Source of the DNA: Cyanophora paradoxa CCMP329 | Lineage: Eukaryota; Plantae; Glaucophyta | DNA: 24,280 nt | NCBI GenBank assembly: GCA_004431415.1 | Contig: QPMI01000196.1 | Coordinates: forward strand, 1 to 24,280 | Reading direction: 5' to 3' | In this document: positions 1-10,072 of the stretch, in pieces | Position numbering within the stretch: position 1 is the stretch's first letter | How the letters are laid out: each line of letters opens with the position of its first letter | The notes under the pieces: generated by a model | The model's database searches: none | The model's input: only the letters and a program-made list of their open reading frames with translations | What the model was told of the DNA's origin: nothing | Position numbers and translations under genes: made by a program

Positions 1-339
1 ATCTCCGAGTCACGTGGTATGTCATATATATCATATACATATACATCGTCATCATGACGTCATATATATCACATATACACAAATTGATATGTTATAGGTT
101 TTACCATAAATCGTTTTTCTATGATATATATCATATATACTATATTGATATATTGACGTATATACGATTAAAAAGCATTTTCACTTCTATTGTTTTTATT
201 GTCGTTTCTATCGTTGTTTCTAGTGTAGAAAATACAGTGAAAAACCGTTTGAAAAATACAGTAAAAAATGAGAGGTTTTTCAAACGAAGTTTAAACTGAA
301 ATCACTTTGTAAATCATGGGAGACACGGCGGATAAAAAG

Positions 340-428
340 GATATAACTTCGATTAAATATAATTAATCGAGATTATGATATAACTTCGATAAATAAGATT
401 TAAGATATAACTTCGATTAATTCGATTT
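340..428. repeat. GATATAACTTCGAT x3 array with quasi-palindromic structure
   Basis: Copies at about 340, 377 and 404. Related in inverted orientation to the repeats at 10073-10296. Confidence 0.85.
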
Positions 429-450
429 TTGTTACTGGGGCTTACTGAGA

Positions 451-993
451 TTACTGTTGAATAGGAATAGGGTTACTGGGAATGGTTTGTTTTTGATTTG
501 TTTTTGATTTTTTCGCGGGTATTTTTTTTGGAGACACGGCGCAGTGCTGAGCTTCACCCCATTCTTCCACAACCCTAACGTTTTTGGGGGCTTTTGTCAC
601 AATCAACCGATACATACGAAAATACATAGTCACAGTGTCGCCCTCTAAATTCTCGATTTTCTCTTTTAGATTTTTCATCAGCTTCTGGAACCGGCTAATA
701 TGTGTCTTGGTGTTGCGTTGCGGGCGCTGGTCTGTTAGTTCCTGGGGAACGTCGATAGCACCCAATCTTTGGAACTCATCCCCCACCTCGCGCTTTGTAA
801 GGTTATTCTCGTAAATTCCCTTTGCTGTGTCATTCCAATCTTTTGCCGTTTTTAACGTAATTCGCCTGGCTATCGCATTGAGAATAAGGTTAGCTTGCTC
901 TGTTGTCATCAATCCATGAACAAGACTCATAGTAGTGTAACCAATAGTGTCTTCATTAAGCTTTCTGATCAACCGGTTGGAAGGGCGAGGCAT
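451..993 (-). CDS. Hypothetical basic protein (180 aa)
   Basis: Intact ATG-initiated ORF with an upstream CAAAAAATGA...ATTTAAGGAT...TATATA motif shared with the neighbouring gene. Confidence 0.7.
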   Translation of the reverse strand: MPRPSNRLIRKLNEDTIGYTTMSLVHGLMTTEQANLILNAIARRITLKTAKDWNDTAKGIYENNLTKREVGDEFQRLGAIDVPQELTDQRPQRNTKTHISRFQKLMKNLKEKIENLEGDTVTMYFRMYRLIVTKAPKNVRVVEEWGEAQHCAVSPKKIPAKKSKTNQKQTIPSNPIPIQQ

Positions 994-1198
994 CTCGTTG
1001 CGTTCTTATATATATCCAAAGAAAATTATCCTTAAATCATTTTTTCAGTTCTGCGTCATTTTTTGCCCGACGGAAATTTCACAAAAATAACAAAAGGGTT
1101 GGCTCGATAAACAAGCTCGAAAAATAACACGAAAGCATTTTTATTTAGCGCGGTTGCGCATTCGTTTCCTCAGCTTCAATCGCGCCGAGAAAAAGGAT

Positions 1199-1451
1199 TT
1201 AGATATACTTAGATGGGCGACCGACATTATTATAGGGAACGCCAAACAAGAATTTCACGAAACAAATCGCATTGTTGAATACGCACGGTGACTTGCTTGA
1301 ACGATTTTCATCGAGCGATAGCAATCATCAGATTGATAAAGCTCGTAAACCTTTTTTCGCATTTTTTCCTTGTTCTTTTGAGCGCAATTTTGCCTTTCCC
1401 GGTAGCCCGGTAATTAGCATTTGCACGCTTCTGAGCCGCACTTGTCGTCAT
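1199..1451 (-). CDS. Small basic, putative DNA-binding protein (frameshifted)
   Basis: Reconstructed across frames: MTTSAAQKRANANYRATGKGKIALK.../VYELYQSDDCYRSMKIVQASHRAY.../FGVPYNNVGRPSKYI*. Has the same upstream motif as the ORF starting at 993. Confidence 0.55.
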
Positions 1452-1559
1452 TCTCTCAACCTCTGCTACTATATAGCAAGAAATCTTTAAATGATTTTCT
1501 TCTTTGATATACCTTTTTTCAGAACGTAATCATTTTTGACCCCTACAACCGGTAGAAGC

Positions 1560-2541
1560 TACAAAAATAAGCGAAAGGTGCCCCGATGCCCGATGCGTGG
1601 CTGACTTGTCGGGGGCGCCCAAGTTTCTACCAATGAACCCGGTAGAACAGGTGTTAAACGAAATGCACATGGATCCTACGAAAAAAAGGATAAAATGCGC
1701 GAGCACTCACTACGAGAAGGTTCTTGTTACGTAGCGCTACTATTGGGCGAGAAAATAATAAGGTCGGCTCAGAGCCTCCTGTAACCTGGCTTTAATCCGA
1801 GCTTTGCGAATCCGCTAATAAATGGCTGGGACACACGGGGAATGGAGTTAAGCGGCTCACTTGTCGAGGCGGCGATTTTAAGATGTGCTTGTTTGCGATA
1901 GGGAGATTGGTGGCGGTGTTGGTGTCTTGTAGTGCGATCGTTTTCGCAATTAACTGATCGGGTGTGGCACTGATGGCTGGCGCGATTGGATCAGCTACGA
2001 CATCAGCGGTCACAGTTGGCTTTTCGTCACCTTTTCCTTCGTGATCTTTTGCTCCATGATTGGTTTTCGAGCTTCGTCTCTTTGGCAATGCCTTCCACCA
2101 ATTCTTTCGCACTGGCTCGTGTGAGACTGGATATGCCCTTGCCTGGCTTCGCAAGATAATAGCGGTAGCGATCGCCTGTCTGCACCGAATACACGTTGCC
2201 GATATCGAGCTCTTTCAGTAATACTTTTTTGAGCGATTCGTTCCTTTGTCGAATTTATGATCGTTCCCTTCTTTCGTCCCTCTTGTTACCGGGCATCTTA
2301 TTCAGCGGGACTTCATCAATCAGCGTTCGCATCGTTTCGATCACTGATCTGTCCTTGAATGAACTCGTTTCGAAGAGTGGACATCGCGCTCAATATCACC
2401 AACGTGATACACAGCTTTGGCTTTGTCTGCTTTGCCTCTTCCAAATTTAGTGGGGGTATCCACGTCTGCCACACTTGCTGGCGTGCTGAGGTAATCTTTC
2501 GGTTTGGTTTTGCGTGGTTTTGCGGTAGCTTGACGCGGCAT
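1560..2541 (-). CDS. Hypothetical K/R-rich protein, fragmented (3' end uncertain)
   Basis: ATG at 2541 directly downstream of the penton. Consecutive minus-strand fragments 2341-2541 and 1792-2154. Confidence 0.45.
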
Positions 2542-2570
2542 TGATTCTTAATTTAGGGTGCGATATTAAT

Positions 2571-3462
2571 TTACGAAAATGACCTATCGAATGGGAGGAG
2601 GTGATCCTGCAAATCGGCAAATATAGCTTTGAGGTCTTTCTTGTTTCTGTTGCCACCATCGTCAGTGACGATTTCGAGTGTCATGCTCCAATCGCTGTGC
2701 AAGGTGACCTGAATCCCATTATAGTATTTCAGTGCGATGTCGAGGTATTCAAGCTCGCGGTCAATCATGTCAGATGCTACCATAGTCGCATTGGAACCCT
2801 CGTATTTTAACAGGGCTCCGACTTGCTGGTCGAGAATGATCTTTGCGATTGCGTAGCAATCGGATGGGTTGCGACTGATCACAGTGCCTCGTAGCTGCTC
2901 AATGTGAGTAACATGTATGAGTAATAAAGAGGTCGAGGGGAACCTCCGAATATAATTCGTGTGTGTAAACGAGTGCATCATACGTTTCGTTCACTGCCAA
3001 CACTGCACCTAAATACAGTTTGTCAGCGACCTGGAATCCTGTAAAGTTTGCCACTGGAAGCGAGGCAAACCGGAGACCGAATGCCTCATTCGAAAGGATC
3101 CTTAGTTTCATGGTGTTTGAGTCGTAGAACACTTTGAATTTGCGGGTGTAGGTTCCACCTCCATTCTGCGCATACTGCTGTGTGCCAATCAGAACGTTAA
3201 GGTAATTAACGAGGCTCGTGGGGTCGTATTTCCGGCTTTAAAGGTGTTTGTCCGGGTCTTCTGGGCATTGATGTTATCGTAGGTGACTGTGGTAATGTTC
3301 CATCTGTGGTGAGGTTGTATAGATTATTAAATAGCTCAAAATTCGTGATCTGCAAGATTTGACTCGCTTCACGGGATAGGGAAGTTTATAGCGGAAATTC
3401 GCGGAACTGGTAGAATCAGCTTCGCGATCCCTGGAATCGATATTGATTAGTATTTTTCCCAT
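2571..3462 (-). CDS. Minor capsid (penton) protein, frameshifted
   Basis: N-terminus MGKILINIDSRDR...ANFRYKLPYPVKRV and C-terminus LEYLDIALKYYNG...DWSMTLEI, typical of PLV/virophage pentons. Homologous to the 20874-21808 gene. Confidence 0.8.
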
Positions 3463-3514
3463 TTGTGTTCGTTACTATCCGTGTATAAATTATTTTGTTC
3501 ACGATTAGTAAACA

Positions 3515-4728
3515 ATGGCGCTCGCTGGAACCACTCTTAAAGAGCTCCTCGTCACCCCCAATTCGAGCGAACTATATCTATCCCCCGGTCTGGTCATTGG
3601 CGCCAACCCGAAATATAAGCCATTCATTGAAACAGTCAAGCCTCGTGGCAACACCTTTGGCTTTGCTTCTACTGCGGTCTTTGACCTCCCACGCAAACAG
3701 CTACTCAGCGGTCTCTCCCTCTACTTAAACTCACTGGTGGTGGTGGTGCGAACGCTACCCTTCCAAACTGTGCGAGTAGCTTCATTGAAAATGTCCGAAT
3801 CGTCCATGGCGGTTTTAAACTACGTTACCCGGTGACTGGATCACTGTGAACACCATCGTCGACAACGATCCCTCAACTCTGGGTGCTCTCGCCACCTCCT
3901 ATGGCATGGATGATGCCGCTATTGTTCTTAATAACACTTCTCGTGAATTTATTGTTAAGATCCCCTCGCAAATGTGGGACGACTCTTACTTCCCTCTCTG
4001 TGCACTTGCTGAGATGCCCCAAATCGAGGTCGATTTCCGGGCTTCGACTGTTGTAACTCTTGCTTTAAATGCTACCATCGCTATGAGCGATTGCCATCTC
4101 GTTTGTCAGTTCGTTAACATCTCTGATGAGGCGGAGCGACTGCTTAAAATGGCAAACGAGGAGGGTGGCATTCGCATCCCAATTACTGAGGTTCTCCACA
4201 AGCAAACCCGCCCACTGAAAACGGCGGATGCCGACACTGCGACTGAGGTCTCGCTTGCTAATGTGAGCGGACTTGTCCACTCGGTTCTGCTTACAGTCGA
4301 AAGAACGCGGATCTGAAAACGGTTAACCACTCTCGCTTCTATGGCAAGGGCGAAACCTACAACATCACAACTTCGAGATCTACCACAACAATCGCACCTC
4401 GATATTTCAAACAAGCCAATCTCTGGCTTCCTTTCCGCTGTGAACCACATCCCCTCTCACTACAAGGGTGCGAGCACAGGTGGTGCGCTGTTGGAGTCGC
4501 TGAGGGAAGCGTTTATGGTGTTGTTCTGAGCAAGTCCGGCAAGGATTCGCTGCACAACTCGGTTCTCGGTATCAGGACTTTTTCAACTCGTCATCAAGCT
4601 ACATGAACCTCACAGTTAACGGCTGCACTGATGCCAATCCGGTTGTGGTGGATATATTCACACTTCGCCACAATGTCCTCGTAATTCAATGGCTATCAAC
4701 TGTCGACCCTCAAAGTTAGCAACTTCTA
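3515..4728 (+). CDS. Major capsid protein (double jelly-roll type), frameshifted
   Basis: FGFASTAVFDLPRKQLLSGL N-terminal motif and HNVLVIQ C-terminus, about 400 aa in total. Sits between the penton and the ATPase and aligns in blocks with MCP 22889-24244. Confidence 0.8.
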
Positions 4729-4803
4729 AACGAGGTAAGGTGCGGCGCTCGCGCAAGGCTCGCTTAGCGTGCCTTTTGTCTGTTTTTTTATATCTTTACT
4801 GTA

Positions 4804-5566
4804 ATGGATAAGGAAACCATAAATCTGGATGAAATACCTGAGTTGGATCCTGCAAGGAACATAGTTTTACCAACAAGAATCGGTTGCTGGGGACGTAGTA
4901 ATACAGGTAAGACCACGTTCTCGAAATATTTACTGTATGAGCTTCGTCACCAAATCGATCAGCTCGTAATTTTTAGTTCGACTGCATTTACTGGTCAATG
5001 GCAAGACATCACACACCCCGATAATATTTGAGGAATGGAACGATGACCTTGTAGTTAAGCTCATCGGGATGCAAAAGAAACGAATCGAAAAGGGAGAGAG
5101 AAGAACAGTAGTTTTGATTTTAGATGACATGATCGGATCCTCGCTAAATATGGAGACGAATATGGTCTTGAAAAAGCTGGTAACCTCTGGAAGACATTAT
5201 ATGATATCCCTCATCGTGAATTCACAACGCATGTGCTCAGTTAGCACAACAATTAGGCGCAACCTCGAATTCGTGGTCTTTTTCAATATATTAGGGAACG
5301 AAAAAGAGTTCAACTGTGCTTTTGATGAATATAATGGTGGTCTCAGTAAGAGAGACTTTAAGGAATTGAATAGGCTATGGGGTCATAGTTATCAGGTGGT
5401 CTGCGTGGGTCTGCAAGGCTACGACGTTAAGTTCTACACAGACCGGGCGATACTATCGGAGGACGACTTGAAAAAAATGACTCGGAAGTTTGGCAAGAGG
5501 CGGGTGTTGCAAAAGAAGGAACGATTGGCTCAAATACAGCGCGAGGGCGCTACGGTTACGATGTAG
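4804..5566 (+). CDS. A32/FtsK-HerA family DNA packaging ATPase (one frameshift at about 5030)
   Basis: Walker A GRSNTGKT, Walker B VLILDD, SGRHY..SLIVNSQ and IRRN motifs. Confidence 0.92.
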
Positions 5567-5781
5567 CCTTGTAGCGCTTTTTTAGAGCATTCCGGCGCTA
5601 TTTTTGGTTTTGCAAGGCGATGAGTTGGTGAAAAGATACAGGTTTTTGACGGTTTGCGTGGCGGTTTCGATTGTTTTTCGAGTTTTTGTAGTTTTTTTGA
5701 TTATGTTTGTTTTTAGTTTTTGTTTGTTCTTGCGCTTTTCTCTGCACTTTTTTCGTAACGCCCTCAGAAAAAGTTACGCGT

Positions 5782-5872
5782 GACAACTTCCCCCCATCGT
5801 CCGGACAACTTCCCCCCATCATCCTGACAACTTCCCCCCATCGTCCTGACAACTTCCCCCCATCGTCCTGAC
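5782..5872. repeat. 22-bp tandem repeat GACAACTTCCCCCCATCGTCCT x4
   Basis: Units start at 5782, 5804, 5826 and 5848, each with 0-1 mismatch. Confidence 0.95.
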
Positions 5873-6160
5873 GTTCTGACAACCTCACTGTGATTGGTCA
5901 ACTATAAACAAAAAACACATAAAAAACTACTTTGTGGCATGCTATATGTTTTCGGACTCGCCGCGATGTGATGACCCCGAATATGTCGGTTACGCCGGTA
6001 TATATATGTATATGTCGTGATATGCGAAAAAAAGTAAAAAAATGAAAAAATCGGAAGTTGTCGGGGATGGTATATACGGAGGCTCGGATGTATATATGGG
6101 GATATATATGCTATTGGCGACGGTGCAAAAAATGATATATGGATTAAATATAAATTTTAA

Positions 6161-6430
6161 ATGGAAACAAACATGAAATGTCAAGTTTGTCTTGATCTGT
6201 TTGCGGATGATTACTATAACACATGTCCTCAATGTGAATTTCATATATGCTTCGACTGCGTCGATAAGATGAGTGATTTCGATCGCTGCCCTTGTTGTAG
6301 ATTCAGCAATGTTATAGCAAGTAAGGATGATTGGAAAAGAGTGGAGGAGGCACACAAAGCAACCGAAAAACGTCGAGAAGAAAGAAGGGATCAAGCCGAA
6401 TCGAAAGAATGTTGTAAGGAAGAAGTATAA
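6161..6430 (+). CDS. RING-finger protein with charged coiled-coil tail (putative E3 ligase)
   Basis: CQVC-x11-CPQCEFHICFDC-x9-CPCCR spacing. Upstream CAAAAAATGA motif. Confidence 0.8.
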   Translation: METNMKCQVCLDLFADDYYNTCPQCEFHICFDCVDKMSDFDRCPCCRFSNVIASKDDWKRVEEAHKATEKRREERRDQAESKECCKEEV

Positions 6431-6978
6431 TCTGAGAAGTAAAACGATAAAGCAATCGAGGTAAGTGGGAAATGGAAATGAAATATGATAAAGATGATAA
6501 AGATGTAATTGTAGCCATGGCGTGATTTTTTTGTTTTTGTTACTGAATATCGTCAGGGGTTTAATGAAATGATTGATGATATCAGTGAGTCAGTGGGAAT
6601 ATCTCGATTGAATTTATCGATGAAAAGTATGTATTACTGAATATCGTGGGGAATTCGAATGTATTTGTATTATTTCGGGATTTTTCGTTTATGTAGCCAT
6701 GGCGTAATACTCCACTGATCATAACGTGAAGTCATTATAACGTGTTTCACCCCCCCTTGAACCCCCTCATTCCACGTATTACACAGTCGTATTTCACCGT
6801 ATTTTAACGTCTTCGCGATAATAAAATGATGATAAAGCGTCTTAAAAGCAATATCGAGCTCCTAAGATGCATATGCTCGCCGACTGTCCTAGCAAGCGAC
6901 CATTGCTGCAGACGCTCAGGTACCCGTGAAGGAAATTGAATATATGTAATATAATAAAATATAATGTCGTTATTTTAT

Positions 6979-7016
6979 TCATTATAACGTCCCATTTTCT
7001 GGAGACGTTATAATGA
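6979..7016. repeat. Inverted repeat, 13-bp perfect stem
   Basis: TCATTATAACGTC-12 nt-GACGTTATAATGA. Confidence 0.85.
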
Positions 7017-7877
7017 CAGCACTGACTGAATTGAATTGAATTGAGACGGAAGTGATTCTACTAGTGAAAGGCTCTAGAGCTTAAGAGCTAGTACGTCGCT
7101 CTTAAGAGTTTAAGAGCTTGACTCGCCAAAAAGGGGCTACTAGTACGTACTAAAAAGTACTAAGAACCGAAAACGGGCTAGTAGGGACATAAAAAAAAGC
7201 TTGAACCGAGACCCTTTAAAAACATTTTGAGTCCATTCAGCTTTTTCGTAAAAAAGACAAACCTACTAGTACTCAGGTTGCAAACCGCAGTGCCTTTCTA
7301 GTCGGACGAGATTTCTAGCTTTCGTCGACGACTGGGCCTCGCGCACGTCGACGTGTGCTAGAAATTGTACAGCAGCATCTGACATGAGCTGCCGTGGTGA
7401 GCTGCCGTGGGGGGTACAGGGGGCTCACCTGACGTGTGAGGATTAATGTACTTAATGGATATTAAATAATGTCATTAATTAAAAACGTACATTATAAGAC
7501 AGCACTGCCTCCAGGTCCTCCAGGTCCTCGCGATCGCCGAGTCGGGGTCCATCTCCAGCTGGGACTCTAGCCTGGGAGAGGCGCTCTCGGAGTCCGTTCT
7601 TGAAGAACGCCGCATGTGCAGTAATTTGCGCGGTAATTTTTTAAGACTGCTGGGGAAAACTCGACTCGCGCGGGACCGTGACAGTGGTGAGTCACTGGTG
7701 ACACACGTCAGCCGAACCGATCGCCTTATAATCTAGTATTTGTTGACTAGTAAAAAAACAAGCAGTTCCAGCTTGCGTAGTACTATGGTTTAGTGTACCC
7801 ATGGGACTTTTTTGCTGGCAAATGCCCATCAATTACTACAGCGTGGGACCCTTTCGCTGGCGGAAAAAGACAATATT

Positions 7878-8042
7878 TTACTACAGAGAGTCGAGTCGAA
7901 AAGCTTCAGTCTGAAACTCGGGCGATTCGGTGATTGGTCAACTTAAACAGGATGGGTACGTTAAAATTGCTTACTACGGCGAGTCGTGTCAAAAAGCCCC
8001 AGTCGGAAACTCGAGCGATTTGGTGATTGGTCAATTTAAATC
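7878..8042. repeat. Imperfect direct repeat (about 70 bp, period 93) each ending in an inverted CCAAT box
   Basis: ttactac...gagtcg...aaactcg.gcgatt.ggtgattggtcaa at 7878 and 7971. Confidence 0.85.
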
Positions 8043-8056
8043 CATGTACTTATAGC

Positions 8057-9103
8057 CACAGCTCGCGAAAAAAAGTCGGTCCCCACAATTCGACTTGGCT
8101 GGGACTCGACTTGGGACTCGAATAATTCTCCCCTACCAAAAGTTAAAACACCGGGGGTAGGCACACGCGACTCGGCGAAGCGCGGCGACCAGCACGCGCG
8201 GCAGCTCCCGCGCGCAGCAGAGAGCGCTCAGCGGCTGCTGCTATCCCTCACACACTTTTTTTGAAAGTCTGCTGCATTCGTACACACTTGACAACAGTCC
8301 CCCGCTCCGGCGGCTCCACGCCTACCGGATACTGAGATGCGCTGCTATCCCTCACACACCATGGAGGAGCCGAAGAAGCCCTTAGGCACGTCCCTCGTCA
8401 AAGCCAGGAGGCAGGCCAGAGTCGATCGCCTTCAAGGAAAGCGTGCGCGAAAACGAGCCCTACGATTCTCAAAGCGCTCCCTAGAATTCGAAAGTCTCGA
8501 CAATCAAGTGAAGTATCTCTAGACGCGCTAGCGCTGTGGCTCGGACGCGCGGACCGCAGATCTAGAGCCGCATGCATATGGTGGCTACTACAGGTGCACG
8601 TGCATGCAGTGGCTACTACGGGAGTGTCAGCCTGCGTGTTTGTCAGCGACAGGGGCGCAACGGGCAACGGGGCGCAACCGCACCACGCACTTCGCACCAC
8701 GAGCGCACCACGAGCCGTAGCTGATCATGCATATGAGTGCGTCGTGCTCGCTGCAGCTGCGGGCGTCGTGCGTCGGCCGCTCTGCGGCAGAACAGTACGC
8801 CCGGACGCATCCAAACTATACTGCCTGGCTGTCTTCGATCCTCGGGCCTACGCAATGCTGATGTGGGCGCTGGTGTCAAGAGGCGTGCTGTGTGTTGAAC
8901 TTCTCCTCTCTGCCAGCGACCGGCATTTCTCCTCGATCTCGTTAAAACTACTGATAGAAAGAATAAACTCTATAAGAATGCATATATATGCCATATATAT
9001 GAAAAGGTTTAATTGACTGGCGTAGGGATTTTCCAAGTCGACTTGCCCCCCCCCCCTGTCATACAAACCGAGTTGTGGGGACCGACTTTTTTCGCGAGCT
9101 GTG
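8057..9103. mobile_element. Non-autonomous CMC/CACTA-like DNA transposon
   Basis: About 35-bp TIR CACAGCTCGCGAAAAAA(A)GTCGGTCCCCACAA at 8057 and inverted ending at 9103. TSD AGC at 8054-8056 and 9104-9106. Subterminal CGACTTGG repeats. No transposase recognised. Confidence 0.85.
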
Positions 9104-9110
9104 AGCTGTA

Positions 9111-9341
9111 CACAGCTCGTTTTTTTTACCGATCGACCCGATCGACATGGCTGGAATCCGGTTAAAGTTAAATCGCTCTTCGGCTATTTGGTTGGCTGGG
9201 ACCGGGCTACTAGGGGCTAGCACTAATCTACCCGCTAGATTGCCGGCTACAATTTGCAACATGCTAGCGCTGTGCAGCGACTAGCCGTTCTGTGCCGGGT
9301 GAAAAGTTATCGCGATCGCCGGCTACCCTTGCCCAGCTGTG
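9111..9341. mobile_element. Small MITE-like element with CACAGCT...AGCTGTG termini
   Basis: TSD GTA at 9108-9110 and 9342-9344. Same terminal heptamer as the adjacent element, but the TIR is short. Confidence 0.6.
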
Positions 9342-9629
9342 GTACGGTCTGTACCCAGCTAGCAAGCGGGGAGGGAGGCGGAGCCCCCCCTGCTTGTAAG
9401 TAATAAGTTATAACTTAGTATAACTATTTTTTTAGGCTGTCCTAGGCCTGTCCTAGGGTCCTAGGCGGGTGTCTTAGGCTCTTAGCACGCCGTTTTTCAA
9501 GTTTGGGGGGTGCGGACCGTTGATTTGTTTTTTTCGGTCGCAAACCGTCTCCTACTAGCCTGAGTAGTAGCCTCCCCGCAATTTGGGGCCGCAAACCGTC
9601 TCCTACTACCGTAGACGACTTATATAATT

Positions 9630-9860
9630 ATATACCGCGCTGACTTAACTACTGCGCTACCAAATTACCGCGCTCAAAAGTTTTATAACGCGGTAATTTG
9701 GTAGTGCGGTAATTGTCTTTTGCTTAGATTTGCTAAGACTTTTGTATGGGCCGTACCCCAAATTGATGAAAACGCGCTAATTTGGTGCCGCGCTAACTTA
9801 GTAAAGCGCCTACCGGCGCCGAAATTTTAGAACGCGGTAATATGTGGCGCGGTATTCAAG
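9630..9860. repeat. CGCGGTAA/TTACCGCG motif array with a 16-bp perfect inverted repeat
   Basis: CTACCAAATTACCGCG (9657-9672) and CGCGGTAATTTGGTAG (9689-9704), plus several partial copies. Confidence 0.8.
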
Positions 9861-9996
9861 TCGTCTACGGTAAAAGTCTCCAACCAGTTCAACTTGCGAG
9901 GACTCCAATTGCAAGGAGCCGATGGCCATGTGGTCTGAGGCTCTGAGCCGCTGCAGCTTGTTGCAATCTGGCACGTCGTGCAGCATCGGCCCGGCG

Positions 9997-10069
9997 ACAC
10001 ATATGAATATTCATATTTTAATCCCTGGGCGTTCCGCCTCAGGATTAAAATATGAATATTCATATGTGT
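9997..10069. repeat. 73-bp hairpin with 28-bp perfect arms
   Basis: ACACATATGAATATTCATATTTTAATCC-17 nt-GGATTAAAATATGAATATTCATATGTGT. Confidence 0.95.
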
Positions 10070-10072
10070 GAT

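Larger units (their letters stand above)
300..6700. mobile_element. Element 1: compact Polinton-like virus/virophage-like endogenous element (boundaries approximate; may extend left of the window)
   Basis: Clustered penton, DJR-type MCP and A32-like ATPase with intronless, tightly packed genes and AT-rich non-coding flanks. No TIR or TSD pair could be identified. Confidence 0.8.

Noticed and set aside
54-299. 81-aa ORF
   Set aside because: Low-complexity translation of TA-rich repeats.
5782-5872. Possible CRISPR array
   Set aside because: The units are contiguous with no unique spacers, and no cas genes are present.
5598-6394. Minus-strand ORFs 5598-5888 and 5990-6394
   Set aside because: The first translates the tandem repeat and T-tracts; the second is antisense to the RING gene.
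1-7020. Terminal inverted repeats bounding element 1
   Set aside because: Only a 12/13 match (AAAATACAGTGAA vs TTCACCGTATTTT) was found, which is too short in AT-rich DNA.
8337-9066. Overlapping ORFs inside the TIR element as a transposase
   Set aside because: No DDE or TnpA/TnpD motifs recognised; the ORFs are consistent with chance in GC-rich DNA.
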